A stretch of 64,000 bases of DNA, from NCBI RefSeq assembly GCF_000142905.1, contig NW_013657671.1, positions 310,001 through 374,000 of the forward strand, given 5' to 3'. Positions 1-11,290 of the stretch are shown one piece after another; the stretch's first letter is position 1; each line of letters starts with the position of its first letter. Under the pieces are notes generated by a model. That model worked only from the letters and a program-made list of their open reading frames with translations, ran no database searches and was not told where the DNA came from. This DNA comes from Thecamonas trahens ATCC 50062 (lineage: Eukaryota > Protista > Apusomonadida). The translations under genes were made by a program, and so were the position numbers.

Positions 1-497
1 CAGGTTGGGAGACACTGATTGGTCGTCGACGACCCCCCCCCCCCCCCCCCCCCCCCGCCATGCGCCGTCCACAGCAAATCAAAGCCAACATTCAAGCACC
101 TACACACAAAACACCCACATCCATCCAAATCTACCCCCTCCCTCATACTTACGCCAATCGGATCATCACACACGCCACACCGCTCCCAATGTCTTTGCTA
201 CGCTGGCAAAACCCGGGCTGGCGGTGCGAGCCCGCATCCGCAGCTGACGGCCGCCGCCCCAAGTCGCATCCGTCGCCCAGCCGGCCTCACCACACCCGCG
301 CCACCCGGTACCACTTGTCGCACCACCTCCTTCCGCGAAAGCAGCAGGGGCTACCAGCAGGAGGACAGGCAGCGCAGAACCAGGTCCGTACCAACAGGAG
401 AGTCTCCGGTGGGTCGCAGACCTCGACAAGAGCGTGTGTGTGTGCTTGGTGTGCAGAGGCGCGTTTTTTGAGCAAGTCGCAGTAGCAGCCAGCAAGG

Positions 498-3400
498 ATG
501 GTGGACTATGAGGAGCTCGGGCTCGGACACGACGACGACGGGCTGATGGAGGGCGAGGGCGACGACGAGCTGTACATTGACGACTCGTGGATGGTCATTT
601 CCGAGTACTTTCGCAAAAAGTCGCTTGTCCGGCAGCAGCTCAACTCGTTTGACGAGTTCATCAAGAACACGATGCAGGAGCTGATCGACGACTCGCCGCC
701 GATCGAGATCCAGGCGCGTAACCAGTACCAGACCGAGGTGGAAGTGGACACATCGACGAGCTACCGGCTTGCGTTTGAGCAGATTTTCATTTCTAAGCCG
801 TCGATTGCCGAGCTGTCTGGCGGGCGGACGGCGGTGATGCCCAACGAGGCGCGGCTGCGGAACCTGACCTACCAAGCCTCGCTGTTTGTCAACGTCAAGT
901 GCGTGACCGAGCGGCGGCAAGAGGTGGAGGATGAGGACGGCCAGCTTGTCATGGACTACCAGACCGCCGAGGCGCTGCGCGAAAAGGTGCCGTTTGGTGC
1001 CATGCCCATCATGCTGCGGTCCGAGTACTGTGCGCTCTCCAACCACTCAGACAAGGAGCTCCCGGATCTCGGTGAGTGTCCGTATGACAAGGGCGGGTAC
1101 TTTGTCATCAACGGGTCGGAAAAGGTGCTCATTGCACAGGAGAAGCAGAGCCAGAACTATGTGTACGTCTTTACGCACTCGTCGGGCAAGTTTTCGCACA
1201 CGTGCGAGATCCGGTCGTCGTGCGAGACCGGCGCGCGGCCGGTTTCGTCGCTCAAGCTCATGCTGCAGGCGCCGCCGACGACCAAGGCCAAGGCGAGCCA
1301 GCAGTGCATCCGGTGCGAGCTGCCGTACGTCCAGCAGGCCGTGCCGGCCATGCTTGTCTTCCAGGCGCTCGGCTTTGTGGCAGACCGCGAGATTTTGGAG
1401 CTCATCTGCTACGATCTTGTCGATGCCGAGATGCTCGAGATTATCAAGCCGTCGCTGGAGGAGGCGGCGGTCATTGCTGACCAGGACCTTGCGCTCGACT
1501 ACATTGCGCGGCGTGGGCGGACCAAGGTCAACTCGCGGCAGAAGCGCCTGCAGTACGCGCGCGATCTGCTGCAGAAGGAGATGCTCCCGCACGTGGGCGT
1601 CACCGACTTTTCCGAGCTCAAGAAGGCGTACTACCTCGGGTACATGATCAACAAAATGCTCCAGGTTGCGCTTGGCCGCCGCGAGCAGGACGACCGCGAC
1701 CACTACGGCAACAAGCGGATGGACCTTGCCGGCCCGCTCCTCACCTCGCTCTTCCGCGGCCTTGTCAAGCAGGTGTCCAAGGAGACCCGTGAGTACCTCA
1801 TGCTCGAGCTCGAGTCCTCGGGAGGCGCTCTCGAGCTCGACATGATCAAGCTTGCCGTCAAGCCGTCGATCATCGGCCAGCGCATGAAGTACTGCCTTGC
1901 AACCGGCAATTGGGGAACCCAAAAGATGGGCTCCATTGCCAAGGCCGGCGTCTCGCAGGTCCTCAACCGGCTCACCTTTGCCTCGTCGCTCTCGCACCTC
2001 CGCCGGCTCAACACGCCCATCGGCCGCGAGGGCAAGCTGACCAAGCCGCGCCAGCTGCACAACACCCACTGGGGCATGGTCTGCCCCGCCGAGACGCCTG
2101 AGGGCCAGGCGTGCGGCCTCGTCAAGAACCTCTCGCTCATGACGTACGTCTCTGTCGGTTCGGAGACCTCGCCCATCCTCGGCTTCCTCCAAGACTGGTC
2201 GCTGCAGGACCTCGAGGAGGTCGGTGCGGTCGACATCCAGACCGCCACCAAGGTCTTTGTCAACGGGCGCTGGGTCGGCATCCACCACAACGCTCTTGAG
2301 CTCCTTACCATGCTCCGCAACCTGCGCCGGCGTGGCGACATCTCGGTCGAGGCTTCGTTCGTCCCGGTCCTCAACGACCGCGAGCTCCGCATCTACACCG
2401 ACGCCGGGCGCTGCCTCCGCCCGCTGTACATTGTTGGCGCCGACCGCAAGCTTGTCCTCAAGCGCACAGAGGTGCTTAAGCTCCACCAGACCGGAGACGT
2501 CGTCGGCACCGGGTGGAACAAGCTCATCGAGCAGGGCAAGGTCGAGTTTGTCGACACCGAGGAGGAGCAGACCCTGCTGGTCGCCATGACCCCCAACGAC
2601 CTCAAGATTGCCTCGCAGGAGTTCCTCTACACCCACTGTGAGATCCACCCGTCCATGATCCTCGGCATTTGCGCCTCGATTATTCCCTTTCCGGACCACA
2701 ACCAGTCGCCGCGAAACACGTACCAGTCGGCCATGGGCAAACAGGCCATGGGCATCCCAGTCTCGTCGTACCAGCTCCGCATGGATACCCACTCGAACGT
2801 GCTCTACTACCCGCAGAAGCCGCTCGTCCGCACCCAAGCCATGCGCTACCTGCACTTTGGCGACCTGCCCGCTGGCCAGAACGCCATTGTCGCTGTCGCT
2901 TGCTACTCGGGCTACAACCAGGAAGACTCGCTCATCATGAACCAGTCGTCGATCGATCGCGGCTTTTTCCGCTCCGTCTCGTTCAAGTCGTACAAGGACG
3001 AAGAGCGCCCGGCCTCGTTCGACAAGTCGCTCTCGGAAACGTTCGAGAAGCCAAACGTCGACGAGCTCGACCGCATCCCGCACGGCAACTTTGACAAGCT
3101 CGACGACGACGGCTTTGTCGCCCCGGGCACCCGCGTCACCGGCGAGGACGCCATCATCGGCAAGACCGGCCCGCTGCCCGAGGTCACCGACGACAACGCC
3201 CGCGCCCCGGGCGGCCGCCCCTGGCGCGCCAAGAAGGACGCCTCGACCCTGCACAAGCGCGGCGAGACCGGCATCGTCGACCGCGTCATGATCTCCACCA
3301 ACGAGGAGGGCTGCCGCTTTGTCAAGGTCCGCGTCCGCAAGATCTGCATCCCGCACATCGGCGACAAGTTCTCCTCCCGCCACGGCCAGAAGGGCACCGT

Positions 3401-4094
3401 CGGCATCACCTACCGCCAGGAGGACATGCCGTTCTCCCTCGAGGGAATCTCGCCCGACATCATCATGAACCCGCACGCCATCCCGTCGCGGATGACCATC
3501 GGCCAGCTCGTCGAGTGCATTCTTGGCAAGGTCTCGTCCATCCAGGGCCTGTTTGGCGACGCCACTCCGTTCGCTGACCTCACCGTCTCCAACGTCGCCG
3601 ACCAGCTCCACAAGCTCGGCTACCACCGCTACGGTAACGAGGTTCTCTACTCGGGCTTCACCGGCCGCAAGCTCGACGCTCTTATCTTCTTCGGCCCGAC
3701 CTTCTACCAGCGCCTCCGCCACATGGTCGACCTCAAGATCCACGCCCGTTCTCGCGGCCCCACCTCGGTCCTTGTCCGCCAGCCTACCGAGGGTCGTGCC
3801 CGCTCCGGTGGCCTTCGCTTTGGTGAGATGGAACGCGACTCGTTCCTCGCCCACGGCGTCGCCGTCGCCCTCCGCGACCGCCTCTTCTACTCCTCGGACC
3901 CCTACCGCATCCACGTCTGCGCCCTCTGTGGCCTCCCCGCCGTCGCAAACGTCAAGTCGGCCCAGTTCTACTGCCAGGCCTGCAACAACACCACCCGCAT
4001 CTATCAGGTCAACGTCCCCTACGCCGGCAAGCTCCTGTTCCAGGAGCTCCAGGCCATGAACATCGCTCCCCGCATGTTCTTTGACGACGAGTAA
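498..4094 (+). CDS. RPB2: DNA-directed RNA polymerase II second-largest subunit
   Basis: Intronless 1198-aa ORF with the Rpb2 motifs GGYFVINGSEKV, RQLHNTHWG..CPAETPEGQACGLVKNL, SGYNQEDS, GDKFSSRHGQKG and GGLRFGEMERD, plus a C-terminal Zn ribbon. Confidence 0.98.
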   Translation: MVDYEELGLGHDDDGLMEGEGDDELYIDDSWMVISEYFRKKSLVRQQLNSFDEFIKNTMQELIDDSPPIEIQARNQYQTEVEVDTSTSYRLAFEQIFISKPSIAELSGGRTAVMPNEARLRNLTYQASLFVNVKCVTERRQEVEDEDGQLVMDYQTAEALREKVPFGAMPIMLRSEYCALSNHSDKELPDLGECPYDKGGYFVINGSEKVLIAQEKQSQNYVYVFTHSSGKFSHTCEIRSSCETGARPVSSLKLMLQAPPTTKAKASQQCIRCELPYVQQAVPAMLVFQALGFVADREILELICYDLVDAEMLEIIKPSLEEAAVIADQDLALDYIARRGRTKVNSRQKRLQYARDLLQKEMLPHVGVTDFSELKKAYYLGYMINKMLQVALGRREQDDRDHYGNKRMDLAGPLLTSLFRGLVKQVSKETREYLMLELESSGGALELDMIKLAVKPSIIGQRMKYCLATGNWGTQKMGSIAKAGVSQVLNRLTFASSLSHLRRLNTPIGREGKLTKPRQLHNTHWGMVCPAETPEGQACGLVKNLSLMTYVSVGSETSPILGFLQDWSLQDLEEVGAVDIQTATKVFVNGRWVGIHHNALELLTMLRNLRRRGDISVEASFVPVLNDRELRIYTDAGRCLRPLYIVGADRKLVLKRTEVLKLHQTGDVVGTGWNKLIEQGKVEFVDTEEEQTLLVAMTPNDLKIASQEFLYTHCEIHPSMILGICASIIPFPDHNQSPRNTYQSAMGKQAMGIPVSSYQLRMDTHSNVLYYPQKPLVRTQAMRYLHFGDLPAGQNAIVAVACYSGYNQEDSLIMNQSSIDRGFFRSVSFKSYKDEERPASFDKSLSETFEKPNVDELDRIPHGNFDKLDDDGFVAPGTRVTGEDAIIGKTGPLPEVTDDNARAPGGRPWRAKKDASTLHKRGETGIVDRVMISTNEEGCRFVKVRVRKICIPHIGDKFSSRHGQKGTVGITYRQEDMPFSLEGISPDIIMNPHAIPSRMTIGQLVECILGKVSSIQGLFGDATPFADLTVSNVADQLHKLGYHRYGNEVLYSGFTGRKLDALIFFGPTFYQRLRHMVDLKIHARSRGPTSVLVRQPTEGRARSGGLRFGEMERDSFLAHGVAVALRDRLFYSSDPYRIHVCALCGLPAVANVKSAQFYCQACNNTTRIYQVNVPYAGKLLFQELQAMNIAPRMFFDDE

Positions 4095-4151
4095 ATCAAG
4101 CAGGTGACCTGCAAGACCCGCTCCGCACAGTTTACCCTGCTTCTCCCCCTC

Positions 4152-7100
4152 TCACGCGCCAAACACAGCCTTCACGTACTCTTCAAACACAGGAAGGACA
4201 GGCGTCTGCGCCACATGGGTGGTGAGGTCGAGCTTGACCACGGCCTCGCCGGCAAGCGTAAAGTTGAACTCGGACATGATGACAATGCCGTTGGTTGTCT
4301 TGGCCGAGGTGAAGACGAGCATCTGCGACATGGCCTCGTTGGCGTGCTTGGCGATGACAAAGATGTTGTTGGCTTCGAGCGTAGCCATGGCACTCTCGAG
4401 GCTGACACCAGCCTTGACGCTCACGGTGGTCTTGGACTCCTGCTCGCCGCTCAGCGCCTTCCAGCCCTGGATAAACGCCGGCCGCTCGAGCTTGCCGTCC
4501 TCGACCAGCACCGCCCCGAGCGGGACCATGCACAGAAAGTAGAAGACTTCGACGTTGTTCTTGAGCGCAACCTGGAGCGACATCAGCGGGTTCGACAGCG
4601 CCATCTCGCCGTTGGTACCCAGCGGGAGCGCAAATGTCGCCGTCGCCCCGGGCGCCACCGACGAGATGCCGATGGCCGAGCCGGGCACGAGCCCAAACGA
4701 CGACTTGTTGAACACGGCCTGGAACTGCCCGATCGGTGCCAGCGACTTGTTCGTGATCGTGAGGTCCATGAAGATCGCCCCGTCGGCCCGCCGGATCGAC
4801 GTCGCCACCTCCATGCCCTTGCCGTTGCTCGCCGGGAGGACCACGCTCGACGGCTGCACGTACCGCTTCGGCGAGCTCGCACCGACACCAACACTGGCGC
4901 CGCCAGAGCTGCTTGCGCCGCCCGACATGAGATCGAGGAGCGAGCCGCCCGATGGCGGCGGAGCGCCGGCGCCGCCTCCGTTGCTCGGCGCCCCGCCCGA
5001 GAGCAGATCCAGCAGCGAGCCGCCCGACGGCGGCGGCGCGCCGGCACCAGAACCGCTCCCGCCCACCACTGACGAGCCGGACATGAGGTCAATCAGCGAG
5101 CCGCCCGTGCTAGCGCCACCGCTCGTGCCTGCGGTAGCCGCCGTTTTCGTGTTGCCGCCGCTGGCACCGCCGCTCAGGCCAGCATTGGCGCCGCCGCTCG
5201 CCGCCGCAGCGACCGGAGCAGGTGCCGCTGTGTTGGCGTAGTTGGGCAGCTTGGTCGGGTCGATTTTGCGCTCCGGCGCCTTGCGCTTGGCCTTCTTGCC
5301 GTCGGGCGCCGACGTGTCGTCGTCATCGTCGTCGTCGTCGTCGTACGAGTGCGAGGTGATGACCACAAACGACTCGGCGGCTTGTAGAAGACCGACGAGA
5401 GCGTCGCCACGTTGTCCAGTAGCTTGCCGAGGAGCGACGGCTCGATCTCGCCGAGGTCGTCCGACACAAACGGCTTGTTCGACAGCACAATAGCCTTGGC
5501 CGCCTCGGGATTCGACGACAGCAGCCGCCAGTACAGGAACCCGCGGTCGCGGAGGTCCGGATCGTCCGCCGTCTGGGTCACCAGCTGCAACACGTCGTGG
5601 ACCATGTCCTGCGCATCGGTGTGCCGCTTGAGGAAGAGCTTGACAATGGCGGTGAGGAGCGCCATCTGCACATCGACAACCTCGTCAGCATACGTCTCCA
5701 GGAAGGAGTCCAGCAGCTCGTCGGCGTTGTCGATCCGCTCCGCGTACTCGCCGACAATCCAGATCATCGACGCCTTGGCCTCGGGCTCGTCGAGCTCGTC
5801 CAGGTTCTCGCACAACGTGGCAATGATCGACTCGTACCGGTTCGGGTACTTGCGGAAAATGTCCTTGATGACAATGATCGCCTCCTGCACCACGTAATTG
5901 ACCTTGGTTTCGATGAGCGTGAGCAAGACGTCAATGCACGCCTGCGCCGACCGCTCCAGCTTGATCGCGCACCGCCCGATCGCACGCACTGCCTTGCGCA
6001 CAAACTCCACGTCCACCTCTTGCGCGTACGTCTTAAACTCGAGGAGTAGCAGCTCAATGTTGGACTCGGACGCAAGCTTGACCAAAATCTCCAGCTTCTC
6101 GAGCTTGACGTAGATCGGGTCGTCGTAGTTGCAGAACAGCATCCTCACGTGCGAGATCGAGGTCAGCAGGTTGGGCCACCGCTGGATGATCAGGTTGATG
6201 TTGCGGAGTGCCACGTACTGGATCTCCGGCGGCTTTTCCTGGTCGTTGAGGAGCGACGCGAGCGGCTGCGACATCCGCTTGCACGTCGCCCGGATGAACG
6301 ACTGCGAAGTCACAAAGTCCAGGTACTTGACAAGAACCCGGATTGCAGAGAGTGCCACCGACGAGTTGCGGTGGTTCAGCCGCGGCACAACACGCTCGAT
6401 GATCGACTCGGCCTCCCGCGGGTCCACCGGCGAGTACCGCGCAAGCGCGTCCAGAATAAACACCTGGCCCCACTCGGTGCACTCGGAGAGCGCAGTCAGA
6501 ATCTGGTTCAGCGTCGCAGCCTTGATCTCAAACACAGGCGCCGTCGTTGTCGCTTGGATCTCGGACAGAGCCGCCACCGCGTTGGCTACAACCATCGGGT
6601 TGCCATCCTCCAGCAGGCCCTGCAGCGACTCCAGAAACCCGTGGTCCGCCACAATCGAACGGTTCATCGCATACAACTTGGCCACACACACTGCCGCAGT
6701 CTTGCGCACATACGCGTCCTCGTCCCGAAGCGCCGCAGTCAGCGGCTCCGTCAGGTGTTCGATCATCGTGTCCACACGGATTGACCCCATCGTCCGGATC
6801 GCCAGCGCCCGAATGAGGGGGTTGTGGTTGTGCGTGTCCTTGAGAAACGTGTTGATGGCAGAAATCGCAAGGTCCGGCTTGCTCTGCGCATAGTTCATCA
6901 CATACAGGTACACCAGCTTCTTCAGCTCGAGGTCCTTGGTCTGGATGCAGTTCACCACTGCCGCCGCCCCCGAACAACCAGCCAGCCGCACACCGCGCCC
7001 ATGCCCATTCAGCCCGTCGGCAGTGAGTACTACCCCACACACCCCGCCCATCCCACCACCCACACTCCCTCGCCCACACCCCTCTCCCTCCCTCCCTCCC

Positions 7101-7410
7101 TACCTACCTACCCCACTACCCCCACCCGCGACCTCCCCCCCCCCCCCCACCCCGCAGCGCCTGCCCGAATTTTTCAGGCCGCTGCCTGGGGCTTCAATGC
7201 GGCCACCCTGTTCCTGCCGCCCGCTGCTGCTACTGCTGCGTCTCTGCACCTACCGTCCATGAACAGCCGCGACATGTCCTTGCCTACAGTCATGGCATAG
7301 ATGACGTTCTTCACTGCAGTCACCTTTTCCTTCGAGTCCTTGCCTCCCAGGATTTCCCGCAGGTGCGCGTCGTCGCCCTTGCGCGAGTCACCGAACGGGT
7401 TGGACGACAT
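4152..7410 (-). CDS. AP1B1: AP-1/AP-2 complex beta subunit (beta-adaptin); 2 exons plus an apparent 1-nt frameshift near 5376
   Basis: Exon 1 (ATG 7410, ...[13 protein letters not shown]) is joined through GT-AG intron 7253..6958 to [19 protein letters not shown]. Trunk motifs include [32 protein letters not shown] and DPDLRDRG. The hinge (LLDL repeats) and appendage lie in a second frame, 4152..5366. Confidence 0.93.
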
Positions 7411-7609
7411 CGTCGATGGGCGAGAGTCGGGTGCCGTCCACCGAAACGACAGAATGCCGTGCGCCCCGCCCCTGCCCTGCTGCCAGCCATCGACTTCCAT
7501 CGATTGCCGCGTGACACAAACACAAACAGCCAGAGATGCCCCGGCCCCCATACTCGCCCCCTCCTTTGCCCATGCACTCTTCTACCTCCCCCGCCTCTTC
7601 CCTTCCACC

Positions 7610-8732
7610 ATGGGCTGGCACACACTCCTTGCCGCCGCCTGCTGTCTCGTCCTTGCTCTTGCGGCTTGCTTCCCTGCCGCGGCTGCCACTCATCGCCTCG
7701 CCGTCATCGTCGACACGGATAGTACGCCCCCACCCTCCCTCCCCCCCCCCCTCCCTCCCTCCGCCTCCCCCCCTCATCACCTCCATCTCCCACTCACCCC
7801 AGACACACGGTATAGTCGGCGACGAGTTCGATGACTCGTGGGCGCTCGCCTACCTCCTCGCCTCGCCGCACATCGAGGTCAAGATGGTAACCACTGCCGC
7901 CCACGACACCGTCAAGCGGGCGCACATCGTGGCAAAGTATCTCACGGCGTACAACGCCTCACACATCCCCATTGGCATCGGCATCCAGCAAGATGACACC
8001 ATTGGCCCGCTCTACCCCTGGGCTGCCGACTTTCCGCTCGCATCCTACCCCGGTGGCGTTCACACCGACGGCGTCGCCGCCGCCGCCGCCCTCCTCAACG
8101 CCTCGCCCGAGCCCCTCGTTATCGTCGCACTCGCTCCCTTTGTCAACCTCGCGGCGCTGGCCAAGCGGTTTCCAGCTGCCGCCGGCCGTGTCACGCTCAT
8201 CTCGGCCATGGGCGGCTCTATTCACACCTGCTACGACGGCAAGCCCGGGCCGTGCCCAGAGTACAACATTGCCGAGGACGTGTCGGCGTCGCAAGCCCTC
8301 TTTGCCCAGACCTGGCCCGTCCACCTCGCTCCGATCGACACCTCTCAGTCAACCATCGACGGCCCGCTCTTCCGCGCCCTCGTCGCCGCCAACAACACTG
8401 CCGACCACCCCATGGTCACCACTCTCCTCTCCAGCTACTGCTTCTGGTCGCAGTACAAGGTCTGCGGCCCGGCCGGCATGCTCTGCTGCCACAACTCGAC
8501 CGAGGACCTCTTCGATCCCACCGCCGTCTTTATGACCATCACCCAATCGGGCCTCCTCCCCGACACCCCCGGCCTCGCCCTTACTCCGCTCACCCTCAGG
8601 GTGAGCGCCAGCGGCGAGACACTTTCAGATCCATCGGGCAAGCTCGTCAACACTGCCATTCACTGGCTGCCCGGCGGCGAGGCTTGGTTCCACGCTGCCT
8701 TTATCGACACACTTCTTGACTTCACCACGTAG
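7610..8732 (+). CDS. Secreted inosine/uridine-preferring nucleoside hydrolase family protein
   Basis: Signal peptide MGWHTLLAAACCLVLALAAC. Removing intron 7722..7815 (GTACGC...TAG) creates the motif IVDTDIGDEFDD. Also present: ALAPFVNLA, MGGS..EYNIAED and LFDP. Confidence 0.85.
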
Positions 8733-8812
8733 CCCGCCCATGTGTGAGGCTCACATTTGCATTTCTTAACTTTGTACACGAAGCAATCACCAGCATCCAC
8801 CCGCCGCCGCAC

Positions 8813-11290
8813 TCACGCCGTCACGGCCTGCACCACCGCGTATCCCATCCCCAGCGTCCCGATGGCCGCCACATCGCGTACCTTCAGCTGCGCCACCCAC
8901 GCCTTGGAGCAAGCCAGCATGAGGAGCGAGGCCAGCGCGCCGAGCATCAGAATACGCCCCAAACTCGAGAGCGACCAGCCCGGTGCCGAAAACACAACCG
9001 CCTCCAGCAGCGCCGCCACGACAACAAGCACAAGACCGAAGGCTGCCGCAGGCCCAAAAGCCCGTGCGCCCGAAACCCACTCGGGCACGACCGCAAGAGC
9101 AGAGAGCGTGGAAGCCGTAGACTTGGCCGACGCCGCACCCGCCGCGACCGGCGTGGCACCCGCCGCAAATGTGAGCGGCGACTGCTTCTTCACCGCAGGC
9201 AAGGCAAAGATCGTGTCAGATGTTGTCCGCGGCGTAACAAGGTCCCATCCGCCGCGCGGTGTAACCAGCGCCGGCTGCTTGGCACTCACTTTGCCGACCG
9301 TCGACACCTGGAGCGGAGCAAACTTGGAAGACACGCGCTTGCGCAGAGCAATGCGCGACGAAGACGACGGAACAAACGAGGGCGAGTCGGCGGCAACAGC
9401 AAAGAGCTCGGTCGTCGGCGTCGCCACCGCGCCAGTCGGCGGCGACTTGACCGCAGATGCCGGCGTGACGTCGATGGTGATCCCGCCCCGGACCGGTGAG
9501 CCGAGCTCAAAGCCGGGCGAGAAGAGCAGGCCCGCAGGCTCGCTGTCGTCGACGGCCTCGTTGTCATCGTCGCTGCAGTCCACCGAGTCGTCATCAAACC
9601 CAAGATGGCGCGAAATGTTCCCAATGTCCGCTACCGTCGGTGAGTCGCGCATGCGGACCGACGCCTCGTCGTCGTCTGAATCGTCAAACAGAACCGCCGA
9701 CGGGAAGCCCATGGCCCGGATCTCTTCATCGTCAATCGACTCCGAGTCCGACTCGCCAGCCCGCATTGGCCGCGAGAGCGTAAACGTTGGCAGGCTGCTG
9801 CTCTGTGCTGCGTCAGACGACTCGGACGATGCTTCGCCAGACCGCGACGGCGAGTGAATCGGCGAGAGCTCCGCATCGAGCTTCGAGCCGTTGGTCATCG
9901 ACCGGAACGGCGACGCCAAAATGTTGGAGACCAGATGAGCACCTGCAGCGCAAAAGGCCTGGACCTTGGACCGCAGCTTGCCGCCTCCATCCACGTCGTT
10001 GCGTTCGTGGAGCGACCGCCGCCGGATCGGCGGGTGCGCCAGCAGCTCGGCCGCCGACGGCCGTTTGGCAGGATCCGGATCCATCATCCACTGCACAGTA
10101 GCCACAAGCTCAGCAGACCGCTTGTGCCGCTCCATTGCCTCCAACGGGAGCCGGCCCTCGCGCAGATCGTGCCACAGAGGGCCGCCGCGCGGCATCTCGA
10201 TGTTGGCCGCCATCTCGAGCACCGTCGCCCCGAGCGAGAAAATGTCTACTCCTGAGCCCACAGGCTTGCTCGGATCGTCTTGCAGCACCTCTTGCGGTAG
10301 GTACGCCGGATCGCCCTCGAGGTCGACCTTGGCCAGCGCCGCCGTCTGCGACGAGCCGCCCTCGAGCCGGACAGTGATCCCAAAGTCTCCGATCTTGAGC
10401 GAGCCGTTCTGGTCCAGCAGAATGTTCTCCGGCTTGATGTCCAAGTGAAGGAAGCCGGCCGAGTGGATGTGCTCCAGCCCGAGCGCAATGTCGATGAGCG
10501 CGTGCCAGATGAGCTCCTCCTCTAGCACCGCGTGCGAGTCAATGAAGTTCATCAGCGAGCCCTGCGCGCAGAATTCCATCTGGATGTACAGGAATCCGTC
10601 CTCCTCCCATGCCCGATAGTACTTGACACAGTGATCCGAGTGCAGCTCCGCAATGGCCTCCACCTCTTGGATAGCCCGTCGCCGATCACGAGTTCCGCGG
10701 AACTGGTGCCGGCTCTTCTTCACCGCATACACCTGCCCATCCACCTTCCACAACGCCTTGAAGACCTCGGCAAACGAGCCCGAGCCCAGCCGACCCTGGA
10801 CCTCAAACTCGGCTGCAAACATGGATGCATGCTCGGCCGGGAACGGCGAGACGTCTGCCATTTCACCCATCCTCGCCGTGAGTGTGCCTTGTGTGGGACA
10901 TTTGGCGCCAAAAATGCGCGCCATCACGCGGTGGCAGACGGCGACTGGGGAACTCCTGCAGGGGCGGGAGAGGAAGAGGTGGAGGAGAGAACGACACACA
11001 AGGAGGAAGATACACGTACATGGCGAGCGGTAGGGCATGCTCGTGGTGACCGGCGTAGCCGCAAGCATGGCGGACGAATGCACAATGACCGAGTCGGCCC
11101 CTGGCCGCCGGGCGAACAGCCGCGAGACGGCAGGCGACTTTGACGGTGGTGAGGGACAGGCCTTGGCCTTGGCGCTGTGGCTCTTCTCCACATAGGCCCG
11201 CGAGTCAAACACAGTTGGGTCCGGCGTGGGCAAGTACTTGGGCCGCGCACGGTTTCCTCTCCGCACCGGGGACGCAATGGGGGAAAGCAT
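8813..11290 (-). CDS. PKMYT1: Wee1/Myt1-family kinase with a hydrophobic C-terminus
   Basis: LGSGSFAEVFK, YAVKKSR, YYRAWEE, HLDIKPENI, KIGDFG, EGDPAYL and DIFSLG..LE....EMPRGGPLWHDLREG, typical of Myt1/Wee1. Possible in-frame intron 11019..10855. Confidence 0.85.
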   Translation of the reverse strand: MLSPIASPVRRGNRARPKYLPTPDPTVFDSRAYVEKSHSAKAKACPSPPSKSPAVSRLFARRPGADSVIVHSSAMLAATPVTTSMPYRSPCTCIFLLVCRSLLHLFLSRPCRSSPVAVCHRVMARIFGAKCPTQGTLTARMGEMADVSPFPAEHASMFAAEFEVQGRLGSGSFAEVFKALWKVDGQVYAVKKSRHQFRGTRDRRRAIQEVEAIAELHSDHCVKYYRAWEEDGFLYIQMEFCAQGSLMNFIDSHAVLEEELIWHALIDIALGLEHIHSAGFLHLDIKPENILLDQNGSLKIGDFGITVRLEGGSSQTAALAKVDLEGDPAYLPQEVLQDDPSKPVGSGVDIFSLGATVLEMAANIEMPRGGPLWHDLREGRLPLEAMERHKRSAELVATVQWMMDPDPAKRPSAAELLAHPPIRRRSLHERNDVDGGGKLRSKVQAFCAAGAHLVSNILASPFRSMTNGSKLDAELSPIHSPSRSGEASSESSDAAQSSSLPTFTLSRPMRAGESDSESIDDEEIRAMGFPSAVLFDDSDDDEASVRMRDSPTVADIGNISRHLGFDDDSVDCSDDDNEAVDDSEPAGLLFSPGFELGSPVRGGITIDVTPASAVKSPPTGAVATPTTELFAVAADSPSFVPSSSSRIALRKRVSSKFAPLQVSTVGKVSAKQPALVTPRGGWDLVTPRTTSDTIFALPAVKKQSPLTFAAGATPVAAGAASAKSTASTLSALAVVPEWVSGARAFGPAAAFGLVLVVVAALLEAVVFSAPGWSLSSLGRILMLGALASLLMLACSKAWVAQLKVRDVAAIGTLGMGYAVVQAVTA

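Noticed and set aside
1-497. Short ORFs or a possible structured RNA upstream of RPB2
   Set aside because: No recognisable protein motif or conserved ncRNA box. Probably promoter or UTR sequence.
1047-3914. 955-aa antisense ORF over RPB2, and similar long antisense ORFs at 34034-36541, 26310-27890, 43159-44268 and 54464-56293
   Set aside because: These are shadow ORFs caused by high GC3 codon bias in the real genes on the opposite strand, and they have no recognisable domains.
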